A stretch of DNA of 64,000 bases from Amphiscolops sp. MND2022 (lineage: Eukaryota), in NCBI GenBank assembly GCA_964187785.1, contig OZ076409.1, positions 53,074,001 to 53,138,000 on the forward strand. Reading direction: 5' to 3'. Shown here piece after piece: positions 10,708 to 19,983 of the stretch. The notes under the pieces were generated by a model that was not told the DNA's origin, did no database searches, and saw only the letters and a program-made list of their open reading frames with translations. Numbering within the stretch: the stretch's first letter is position 1; each line of letters opens with the position of its first letter. The position numbers and the translations under genes are program-made.

Positions 10708-13700
10708 TCAATCAAGCTTGTGCTTTACGTGGCTAGGGTGTGCTTTGACTGATGCAATCGACACATACACCCTGTCATGGAGAACTATGTCAACGTCTGA
10801 GTCAATGAAGTGATCTCTCAACATAGAATACCAAGCTGGTAGTATGTTGATTGACCTTTCAGGATCATAGATAGGAAGGTGAACTCGGGTAATTTGAGCT
10901 TGGGCGAGCTTCTGCACCAGATCTGTCAGGCACAGATGTAGCACATCATGTAACGTGGGATGTTTGTTGGAGGCTCTTGTGAATAGTAGAAACATGTCGT
11001 TATTCCATGGCGCATCTGGTGATTTGGCGAGGTGTATGGCTTTTCCTACGGCTGGTTGTAGTTTGAAAATCTCTTCTTGGCCATATTCCCTGATGACGTA
11101 ACGCGCCATTGCTGAGTATGACAGAAGATCAGCCGGACAGCATATCACCACAGTACCACGTGCTTGCAGTATATCGGTTTCATCGTAGGATATCCATGGT
11201 AGATAGTTCGGCTTGACTTTCGGGTGCGTTGTCAACAGTTTTCCCGTGACGGTGCTTTGATTGTCTTGACTTGGTTTGAGATGATCTAGAATGGCTTTAC
11301 GGTCTTGCCACACTGTTCTGCGCAAAGGCCTGTCTCCCAAATTCGTGCAAGACCAATCATGAACTACGGAGAGTGCTTCTAGCACGGTCACTGGGTTCTC
11401 AAACGTATACGTGTGCTTGTCCAGCAGGCGTATTTTGGATTGGCGACAGAAAGTGATAGCTAGTAGCTGTAACCAATGTTGACTAAGGAATTTCCCGCGA
11501 TAGATATCTGCTAGATAAAAACAAAGTGTGTCCTCGAACTCTACAAGTGTACGCAAGTTCTCTAGACAAATCAATAGCGTTCCTGGGTTCACTGGTGATG
11601 TTTCGTCCAAGGAGGTGACTAATAGCCACCAACCAGCCGTTGGGTGATACACATCTCCAGGGGGGGAGGTCACACCGTATTGTTGCCATAGCTTTTGCGC
11701 GGTGATACAGCGTACCATTGCTACTTTCGTGTCTTCTGGCTCTATTTTTCCAAACACCATCGATGGTGGGAGCGGGGGAATGATAGCGGCCAACGTAAAC
11801 TCTAATCCGCTCTTGTCGTGCCACGTCCACTCCTTGAACCGGTAGGTGGGACAGTCTGAGGGCGGTGTTCCTTGCATGGCCTTTAGCGTGGTTTCCAATG
11901 GTGGGACCACACCTGGTCCAATGCTCGAGTACGTCTTTTCTATTGAAATTACAACATGATGTACTTGTGGAACATCCTGGTCCTTTGCGTGTATGGACCT
12001 GATCGTATGTTGTATATGGTCTTCGAATATTTCGATGTCGGCTAAGTCAAGAGCAGGAGCGTCCACTCCCCGGGCCAATCGCTTGTCCGGTGTTCTCACT
12101 TCAACTAGGTTGACGCAACTACAGTTGCGGGAACCACAGGTTCCACACCTGTATCGTGGTGCTCTGTTACGTCGTAGCTGATAAGGTGGGGCTTGTGAAG
12201 GGGTTGGTTGCTCCGCTTCTCGTTGCTCTGGCGATATGCTTTCCGCTATGTTGGGTAATGTCATTGCACGTTCCAAAGTTTGAGACTGAGCTCTGGCTCT
12301 TACTCGGCCTCTCGCTCGCGTGTAAGGTCTGTGCGCTCTTGTAAGTGTTCTGCTTGATGAAGTGGTACTTCCTCTTCTACGACCTGGAGGTCTGCCTCTT
12401 GGTCTGCCTCTTCTAGTTGCAGTTCTCCCTGATGAGGGTAACGTTTCCATGCTTTGACCGGGTTCTTGAATTTCTCTGTCAGTTCCTTCTTGGGGTTCGG
12501 CTTCCTCGGCAAGTTCTAGTCCTACCGAGCTACCAGCTCGAGAACTGAACAGTGGAAAATTACTCAATGTATCGGTTAAAGCCGGGTTCGAAAGCAATGG
12601 TGCGGACGTTCCTGACGGTGAAGGTACCAAGCTTGGTGCTGGTTCAGGTAAGACTTCCTCTTGATCGGAATATAGCGGTTCTAGGTCATCAATATCAGGA
12701 TGAATCATTGGTTGCTGTGGTTCTTCAATGGGTTGATCCATTGGTTCTCTGTCAGATTCCGACTCAGACGGATATCCAAAGTGACTGAATCGTCTACGTG
12801 GGATTCCTCGTTCCAGAGCGGACTGAGTACGTGTCTGAATCGTGCGCGGTGGGACAGGCGCGGTTGGTTCCATTTCGAACGATGCCTCCGGCAGTTGTTC
12901 TGGAAGAAATGAGTCTTGTGATATATCTGACGTTATCTCCTCATTGCTTTCTTCCACGTATGGATCTGCGACGATGGCTACATTCTGGTCTAACCCGAAG
13001 GGTTGATGTGCTGCCCAATCCCATGGCGCTGGCACATGCTTCTTCAGACGCTCAAAATGAACCTTTTGACCTGTATCCAAAACGTACAATCTTCCATCTT
13101 GTAACACATCCGTGACCTTGTGAGGTCCACGCCAGGCACGAAGAAGTTTGCGGGTACCGCCCTTGGGGATTATGTGGCAAAAAACCCAAACGGCATCACC
13201 CACGGCGTGAGCTTTTGCTTTCAAATGCCTGTCAAACTTCTGTTTTTGTCGTATTTGCGCCTGATGAGTGTTTCGGCGAACAAGCTCGTGGATTTCTTGT
13301 TGTCTGGCAAGTAGGTGCTCTACAAATTCTTCTTTTGATTCGAACTCTCGCGCTGCGAATTCTGGGTATATGAACGAGAGCGGAATGGATTTTTCTGCGC
13401 CATGTTGGAGCATATACGGGGAAAATCCGGTTGTTGCATGTCTAGTCGAATTGTAGGCACCCAAGACTCCGTCTATGTGCTCATCCCAGTCAAGCATTCT
13501 GCGAGACGTGTAGACTCGGAGCAAGGTCAGTAACGTTCGGTTCTGGCGTTCCACTAAACCATTGCCTCTCGGATGAGCTGGAGTAGACGTTACCTTGGTC
13601 ACTTGCGAAGCTTTCATCAATTCTTGAGCAATTTCGGCAGTGAAATTGGTGGCATTATCTGACTGCATCCTGGCAGGAGTGCCATGTCTCGCAAACCATT

Positions 13701-16700
13701 TGTTCAGGATAATCTTTGCAGTCGTCTGTGCGTCATATTCATCGTGTGCACATGGGATTGCCTCTGCAAACTTGGTAAAATGGTCGATGATGACTAGCAA
13801 TCCATTATTTCCTGACGTTGTCTTGCACAATTTCAAATGGTCAAATTGCACCAGGTCATTAAAATTGCTGCTGTTGATACTCTGTAGGGGGTAACAGGGA
13901 TTCCCAGCGGGATGCTTCGTCTGTTGGCATGTTAAGCAATGCTTAATATGATTGACGACATCACGCTTGATGCCTGGCCAAGTGTGGCGCTCTTGTATCC
14001 TCGCCAATACTTTGCCAACGCCTTGGTGTCCTGATTCATCATGCGCTCTGTACAAGATTTCATGCTGGTAGAGCTGGGGCATGACAATCATACACGGTCG
14101 TACGTGCATCGCGCGTTGCTGCGGAATGTAATTGACACATAAAATGTCATTTTGGTTCAAGAACAGTAGGTCTTTTTTCTGATGAAAGTACCGTTTGGCA
14201 AAGTCTTGCACATCCTCGGGGAACAAAGCGTCATCCAATGGCTCGTTCTTCATGAGCTTTTTCAGCGCTAGAAGATGAACATCCCTGTTTTGAGCTAGAT
14301 GTAGATCCTTCAATCCACGTATTGTCGACTGATGCTCGTGAAGCTCAGTCCCAACTAGCCTAAGGACATCAGCTTGTTCTTGACACTGCATTGGCAATCT
14401 ACGCAACGCTGGGTCGCGTTTGGTGGTGTCGAGACGTGCCGCTGGCACTTTGGTTGTTACACTAAGGATACAATTTGGTCTGTCGTTTTCGGTTGATGTC
14501 GGAGTGTTTTCCCATTGCACCTGTGGATACCACGGTATGGAGCTCAAAGACTGATCTGAGGTTAGATCCTCCTTTGGTGGCTTCTTTAAAATATACAGCA
14601 CGGGGAGTTGTGCTCGAGCTTCGGGTGGAAGCTCTGGATGGTTTGGGATGAATTTTCCATGTTTGTCGATATATGGCACAGTGGGGAGTTCTTCGTAGTC
14701 TTTCTGGGACATGAAGCTGAATCCCTTGCTCACTTCTGGTAGAGCTTCCACAATCTTCTCCCGATGCACGTAGTCATTGGTCCTTTTGCTAAGACCGTCT
14801 GCATTTCGGTGTTGCGTGCGTGGTCTGTGGATCGTCTTGAAGTGATATTGGTCGAGGCGCGCAATCCAGCGTCCAATCATGGCCTGATCCATTGAATATG
14901 TCTTCAGCCACGAGAGAGCCTGGTTGTCCACGCGCAGCGTGAATTCCCGACCTGCAAGGTAGGAATGAAACTTCTCGATAAAATAGAATACTGCATACAT
15001 TTCCAGCTTCGGGGCGCCATAACTCATTTGTGTTCGAGTCAGTGACTTGCTGCCATAAACGATGGGACGAAGAATGGTTTTCCCATTGTATTGTTGTTCT
15101 TGGTGCAGTATGCCGGCTATAGCAACTGCACTGGCATCTGTGTCCAAAACAAAACGTCCTTCTTCGTTTGGCGCTGCCAAAGCTGTGGCATCGGCTAATG
15201 CCTGTTTCACTGAGTCAAACGCTTCTTGATGTTTTTCTTTCCAGTAGAAGTGTTGGTTCTTCCTTAACAACTCCTGCATAGGTTGCACCTTAGCAGCGTG
15301 AAAAGGAATGAAGTCCCGGTAGTAGTTCGCAAATCCGAGGAAGCTTTGAAGTTCTTCTCTATTTCTCGGGGGCATCCATTCTTGGATTTTGCTAACAGCT
15401 GCCGGGTCCGGTTTTATGCCTTCGGCTGAGACTACCCGTCCGAGGTATTTGGTTTCAGTGCGCATGAAATCACACTTTTCGGCTCGCATCTTGAAACCTG
15501 CCTCTCTGAGACACTCGAACACCTCTCTGATCCTCTCCAAATGATCTTCAATTGTTTCGGTGGCAATTACTATGTCGTCAATGTATGCCATGACAACACT
15601 TCCATGGCGTTGTTGAATCTTCTGAAGAGCTCTCGTGATCGACCGCTGAAATGTGGCCGATGCATTGCAAAGCCCAAAGGGCATTCGTCGCCATTCGAAC
15701 AGTCCAAGCTCGCATGCGAACGCGGTCTTTCTGCGGTCACGTTTCTTCAGTGGAATCTGCCAAAAGGCCCACGCTAAGTCGATGCTCGTGAAGATTTTTG
15801 CATTCGCGATCCTTGAAAGACTTTCATCAATCCTGGGCAGTGGGAACGCGTCTTTCACTGTTACATCGTTCAGCGGGCGGAAGTCACAGCAAAAGCGAAG
15901 CTCGCCTGATTTCTTTTTCACCATGACAATCCCACTAGCCCACGGCGAGTAAGAGGGTTGAATCAAACCTAGAGCTAACAAATTCTGCACTTCTTGGTTT
16001 GCTTTGGCTGCTTTGTCGGGAGACATGCGCCTTGCCCCTTCTCTGTGTGGTATAGCCTCCGGCTCTAGCTCTATGCGATGTTTCGCAATTTTGCATCGTC
16101 CTATGTCGGATTTATTTTTCATGAACAGGTCATCGTATTCACTCAAAACGCTCGCTAATTTGTCTCTCGCCCCTTCCCCCCAAGAAGAAAGGACGGAAGA
16201 GAGGTCGGGGCCTGGGATCGGCTTCAGCAATAGTGGATCTGTCCTTTTGCGTTTTTCATTTTCCGATAGGCCCATCTCTGACGGCTCAGTTGAAGACAAA
16301 AAGTTCTGTGCAAAGGAACTAAACTCTGAACTCGTGTCCAAATCTAAGTCTCTGTGCACTTGATTCACAAATTCGGCTGAAAGCTTTGAAGCTTCACGAC
16401 TGTCTTGAATGGGAACTGAGTTGAACACAAAATTGGTGAGCACCGCTTTCCCAACTACGGTTTGTTCCTTGATTCTTACCCCTTCTTTAGCAGTTTGGTT
16501 TCTTAGGGCTAAGAAAACTACACCGTCTTCTCCCACGGAAGTAAGTGTATCTTCTGAATCAAAAAATGAGTTGGACCTAATGCTACATGGGTGCACCATT
16601 ACGTTACGAAAATGAAACTCGTTGGGCTGCTGCGTTATGATCTTCGCGCGCACAACTTTTCGTTCGAAAGGCCCCAAAGTAACCTCTTCGGCAGAAACAA

Positions 16701-19700
16701 CGAATGATGGCTCTTGGTCACTGACCTCGTGAACTGCTTTGAAGATCCTAGGCGTTTCCGGGTCACGGATGGTTACTTTCATGGCAGCCAGGTCCACCAA
16801 CACGTTGTATGTGCGCAAGAAGTTCCGACCCAGGAGAAAATCCTCTGAACCAATGTGATCGGCTATGACTACAAAGTTGGTCTTCAGAGTATGTCCGCCA
16901 AGTTGAAAGCTTACGTCTTCGGCTATTCCAACGGTGGTGATGGTCTTGCCATTGGCAGCGAAGAGTTCAAGATCGTACGGTGACAGGTTCAGTTCATGCT
17001 GGGGTGCAATTTTCTTGTACGCGCTCAATGAGAGGATGGAGACTCCCGAACCGGTGTCTATCATGCCGAAGAGTGGTATCGGCTTTTGCAAAGTAGTTCC
17101 GAATGCAACGACTAGCGAGGCTCGCTCATCAATCTGGGCCTCTCCTTGTGCATCTTGCACTCCGATGTTATAACAGCGCAGTTCTTGCGTGCCCAAATAC
17201 AGGCCTTGTGGAAAGTGTCCTTCCAGGACAACAATTGCATCGAATTTCATGTCAACACCATCAACCGTGATTGCAATGGGGACTGGCGCGATTGTTTTGA
17301 CCTTGTGTATTTGGGCTAGCTTGGTCTCGTCATCTCTAGTAAAATGCGGTAAGGGTCTCGAAGCTATCGTGAGACTGGTATTGCGGCAAAGTTCCTCTTT
17401 TAGTTGTGCCAACGTGAGGTTTGGACGTGCTTTTTGTTCTGCTGATAATAGCAAGTGGATAGAAATTAAAGTCTCAGTACAATCAGGTGCTGGGGCTTCA
17501 AGCGTCGTCAAGATTTGTTTTTCACCGCAAGTCACAACCACAGGACGTGAGGGGCCTCCTTCTTCTGAAATTGAGATCACCCGAATTTGATCATCAGTAT
17601 CAATAATATCCGCGGAATTCGCGACAGGGGCGTACCACGCCGCTTTCACTTGTTCTTCTGTTGTTGCATTCCCAGGCACCATGCATTCGGATGCAGTGTT
17701 GCCCGTGCAATCAAAAGTGACGCGTAGTGTGGGCGGTGCTTGTGCTGGTAGTGCCGCAGGCACAACGTCGTTATTCATGCCCTGAGAGTTAGAAGGACAA
17801 GACCATTCACCAGCTGGGTTTGTTCGACATGAAGTAACTAGTTGAGGCACTGGTTTGTGTGCGCGATCTTTCAAAGTGCGATCTGCAACAAAATGTGACG
17901 GGTCGCCACAATTGACACACGCTCTAGATGGCTTCGGTGGTTGCTGTCGAACAGCCACTGGCTGTGGAGGTAGCTGCCCATTAGGCGCTCGAGGAGCCGC
18001 TGCCGGTATCGGGTTTTGGTGGCTAGCAAGTAACGGCTCTTGGTGTTGCTGAGGCGCTGGATAGTTCTCAGAGCGGATGGGGCCGCGCATATGCAAGTAT
18101 TGTTGTACCGTGAACCGTAGTGCTTCCACTGTTGGAGGTGTATCCACGTACTGTTCTTGTGCGTACATGAGTGCGAGATTTCGCTTCAACTCAAAGCTGC
18201 GTACCCCTTCGATGAACCTCTGCATGATTTCGTAACGCCTTACAGTAACGTCCTCGTTAGGAAAACCTTGGCTGCGCAGACCTTCAAGAGCGTCAAGATA
18301 TTGCATATAGTCTTCGTTGTCGGACTGATTGCGTGTACGGAACTGCTGTTGTATTTGGAACTTGCTAGATCCGGTTCCAAATCGACGCGCTAGTAGCGCA
18401 AAGACTTTTTCATCCGTGTCGCGCTCAGCCTCGGATTTGTTCATGATGTAGTCTTGTGCCTCATTCTCTAGGAATTCAACGATGGTCCATGCTCTGTCCA
18501 GTGGAGTATCCTTTGCGTGTGCTTTCTCCAAATAACGTTTCATGAGCATTAGCCAACCATCTATTATCCCGTCGCGCGTACCGCGGTATTTTGTTGGTAT
18601 ATTTTTGGCTTCTTTTGCTGCTAGCAATGGTTCCAAACCCTTGGACATCGCGGTTGTTATTGCTTCGGCTAACGCTTGCCCATGTATTGTGTTCGGTGTA
18701 TTGCTTTTTGCAGCATCTTCTACTGTTTCTGGATTCAAGTTTCTTTGATCGGGTTTCGTTCTGCTCTGGCGCTGAACTACTTCTCTATTGGTGGGTTGCT
18801 GAATTGAAGATTCATTAGTGGATGGTACGTTCGCAGGGTTTAGTGCCACCGGCACAGGTGAAGGACGACTTGGTACCGTCGCCATTATAGCTTTTACACC
18901 TAGGGTTAAATCTTGAACTGTAGTCATGAGGTCCACCATGCGCTTGTCGACGTCTATGTCTCTGCGATGCATAGTTTCGGAAATGAGCGTCAGTCGTTCA
19001 TCGGCTTGGTGATCTCTTTGCGCCATTATCGCAGTCATTTCCGATATGAGCTTTTCAGTTAAACCCTTGACTGATGCCATTGAGGTTTCCATTTTGCCCT
19101 GATTGATGTGCCCTTCCATCTTCATTTCAATTACTCCTCTTCTCAGTTCCTCAATTTCTTTCATTAAGACTTCAGCTGGCTGAGCATGGTCACCATTCTC
19201 TTGGACTAAATTGGCTTGGACTTGTTTCAACTGTGCTAAGCTCCGTCCCAAGTCTTCCCTGGTGGCTTCAGTTTCCTTGATGCAGCCAGTGATGGTCGAG
19301 CTTGGGGACGCTATGCTATCTGAGCCTGAATATTGGGAAATTGCCGTCCTTCCTAGTTGGAAGGTACTAGGGCATAGCAGAGGTGATGTGGTTAAGGTAT
19401 AGTTCTGGAAGTTCACCTCTTTTATTGTCTCCCGCTTTCCCAGCTGGTTTCCTGGAGGAGTACTTGCGGTGTCAGCAACAGCGTTCCTACTAGCAGCAAA
19501 CACAGGAACTCCGGAACCCAGCGGGTCCACATCCAGACTCACTTGTGGTGTAATCTCTCCAAAGGCCGTGCCTGCATTCTTGTTCTCTACCCATTTGCTG
19601 ATGTCCGAGCTAGTAGCTTGTTCTACATTCGAATTTGGCCAATCTGCCCAGGCAATCGCAGAGTTATTCACGGGAGGCCAGATGCTGCCACAGTTCATGG

Positions 19701-19983
19701 CAGTGCCATTTACAAAGTAAGCGCTATCCGAAGATGCTCGAGAGGAGTTTAGTTGGCTGATGTATGCCATTTGCGAGTTTTGCTCGGCATTTGACATGTT
19801 ATTTGACATGACGTCGTATAAAAACATGTTCGCAATCATGTCATCCGCTGCTATCTCAGCACGTGCACTAAGCCTAGACAAGTCCTCTACATCGCTTACA
19901 AATGGATTCGTAGCGTGGAAGCCACTAGACTGCCTGTTCGACTCATTCAAAGACTTCAGATACTCAATCTCGCCTGATTTCAT
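10708..19983 (-). CDS. Gag-Pol polyprotein, 3091 aa (Gag, degenerate protease, aspartic protease, RT, RNase H, integrase, C-terminal extension with two macrodomain-like units)
   Basis: IDTGS...LLGRNFL (PR, about 17056); MPFGLCNA and YIDD (RT, about 15575); TDAS and DNQAL (RH); HDESGH...CLTC, IIDHFTK, SDNA and ERQNRT (IN); WRGPH (GPY/F-like). Domain order PR-RT-RH-IN is that of Gypsy. Confidence 0.97.
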   Translation of the reverse strand: MKSGEIEYLKSLNESNRQSSGFHATNPFVSDVEDLSRLSARAEIAADDMIANMFLYDVMSNNMSNAEQNSQMAYISQLNSSRASSDSAYFVNGTAMNCGSIWPPVNNSAIAWADWPNSNVEQATSSDISKWVENKNAGTAFGEITPQVSLDVDPLGSGVPVFAASRNAVADTASTPPGNQLGKRETIKEVNFQNYTLTTSPLLCPSTFQLGRTAISQYSGSDSIASPSSTITGCIKETEATREDLGRSLAQLKQVQANLVQENGDHAQPAEVLMKEIEELRRGVIEMKMEGHINQGKMETSMASVKGLTEKLISEMTAIMAQRDHQADERLTLISETMHRRDIDVDKRMVDLMTTVQDLTLGVKAIMATVPSRPSPVPVALNPANVPSTNESSIQQPTNREVVQRQSRTKPDQRNLNPETVEDAAKSNTPNTIHGQALAEAITTAMSKGLEPLLAAKEAKNIPTKYRGTRDGIIDGWLMLMKRYLEKAHAKDTPLDRAWTIVEFLENEAQDYIMNKSEAERDTDEKVFALLARRFGTGSSKFQIQQQFRTRNQSDNEDYMQYLDALEGLRSQGFPNEDVTVRRYEIMQRFIEGVRSFELKRNLALMYAQEQYVDTPPTVEALRFTVQQYLHMRGPIRSENYPAPQQHQEPLLASHQNPIPAAAPRAPNGQLPPQPVAVRQQPPKPSRACVNCGDPSHFVADRTLKDRAHKPVPQLVTSCRTNPAGEWSCPSNSQGMNNDVVPAALPAQAPPTLRVTFDCTGNTASECMVPGNATTEEQVKAAWYAPVANSADIIDTDDQIRVISISEEGGPSRPVVVTCGEKQILTTLEAPAPDCTETLISIHLLLSAEQKARPNLTLAQLKEELCRNTSLTIASRPLPHFTRDDETKLAQIHKVKTIAPVPIAITVDGVDMKFDAIVVLEGHFPQGLYLGTQELRCYNIGVQDAQGEAQIDERASLVVAFGTTLQKPIPLFGMIDTGSGVSILSLSAYKKIAPQHELNLSPYDLELFAANGKTITTVGIAEDVSFQLGGHTLKTNFVVIADHIGSEDFLLGRNFLRTYNVLVDLAAMKVTIRDPETPRIFKAVHEVSDQEPSFVVSAEEVTLGPFERKVVRAKIITQQPNEFHFRNVMVHPCSIRSNSFFDSEDTLTSVGEDGVVFLALRNQTAKEGVRIKEQTVVGKAVLTNFVFNSVPIQDSREASKLSAEFVNQVHRDLDLDTSSEFSSFAQNFLSSTEPSEMGLSENEKRKRTDPLLLKPIPGPDLSSVLSSWGEGARDKLASVLSEYDDLFMKNKSDIGRCKIAKHRIELEPEAIPHREGARRMSPDKAAKANQEVQNLLALGLIQPSYSPWASGIVMVKKKSGELRFCCDFRPLNDVTVKDAFPLPRIDESLSRIANAKIFTSIDLAWAFWQIPLKKRDRRKTAFACELGLFEWRRMPFGLCNASATFQRSITRALQKIQQRHGSVVMAYIDDIVIATETIEDHLERIREVFECLREAGFKMRAEKCDFMRTETKYLGRVVSAEGIKPDPAAVSKIQEWMPPRNREELQSFLGFANYYRDFIPFHAAKVQPMQELLRKNQHFYWKEKHQEAFDSVKQALADATALAAPNEEGRFVLDTDASAVAIAGILHQEQQYNGKTILRPIVYGSKSLTRTQMSYGAPKLEMYAVFYFIEKFHSYLAGREFTLRVDNQALSWLKTYSMDQAMIGRWIARLDQYHFKTIHRPRTQHRNADGLSKRTNDYVHREKIVEALPEVSKGFSFMSQKDYEELPTVPYIDKHGKFIPNHPELPPEARAQLPVLYILKKPPKEDLTSDQSLSSIPWYPQVQWENTPTSTENDRPNCILSVTTKVPAARLDTTKRDPALRRLPMQCQEQADVLRLVGTELHEHQSTIRGLKDLHLAQNRDVHLLALKKLMKNEPLDDALFPEDVQDFAKRYFHQKKDLLFLNQNDILCVNYIPQQRAMHVRPCMIVMPQLYQHEILYRAHDESGHQGVGKVLARIQERHTWPGIKRDVVNHIKHCLTCQQTKHPAGNPCYPLQSINSSNFNDLVQFDHLKLCKTTSGNNGLLVIIDHFTKFAEAIPCAHDEYDAQTTAKIILNKWFARHGTPARMQSDNATNFTAEIAQELMKASQVTKVTSTPAHPRGNGLVERQNRTLLTLLRVYTSRRMLDWDEHIDGVLGAYNSTRHATTGFSPYMLQHGAEKSIPLSFIYPEFAAREFESKEEFVEHLLARQQEIHELVRRNTHQAQIRQKQKFDRHLKAKAHAVGDAVWVFCHIIPKGGTRKLLRAWRGPHKVTDVLQDGRLYVLDTGQKVHFERLKKHVPAPWDWAAHQPFGLDQNVAIVADPYVEESNEEITSDISQDSFLPEQLPEASFEMEPTAPVPPRTIQTRTQSALERGIPRRRFSHFGYPSESESDREPMDQPIEEPQQPMIHPDIDDLEPLYSDQEEVLPEPAPSLVPSPSGTSAPLLSNPALTDTLSNFPLFSSRAGSSVGLELAEEAEPQEGTDREIQEPGQSMETLPSSGRTATRRGRPRGRPPGRRRGSTTSSSRTLTRAHRPYTRARGRVRARAQSQTLERAMTLPNIAESISPEQREAEQPTPSQAPPYQLRRNRAPRYRCGTCGSRNCSCVNLVEVRTPDKRLARGVDAPALDLADIEIFEDHIQHTIRSIHAKDQDVPQVHHVVISIEKTYSSIGPGVVPPLETTLKAMQGTPPSDCPTYRFKEWTWHDKSGLEFTLAAIIPPLPPSMVFGKIEPEDTKVAMVRCITAQKLWQQYGVTSPPGDVYHPTAGWWLLVTSLDETSPVNPGTLLICLENLRTLVEFEDTLCFYLADIYRGKFLSQHWLQLLAITFCRQSKIRLLDKHTYTFENPVTVLEALSVVHDWSCTNLGDRPLRRTVWQDRKAILDHLKPSQDNQSTVTGKLLTTHPKVKPNYLPWISYDETDILQARGTVVICCPADLLSYSAMARYVIREYGQEEIFKLQPAVGKAIHLAKSPDAPWNNDMFLLFTRASNKHPTLHDVLHLCLTDLVQKLAQAQITRVHLPIYDPERSINILPAWYSMLRDHFIDSDVDIVLHDRVYVSIASVKAHPSHVKHKLD

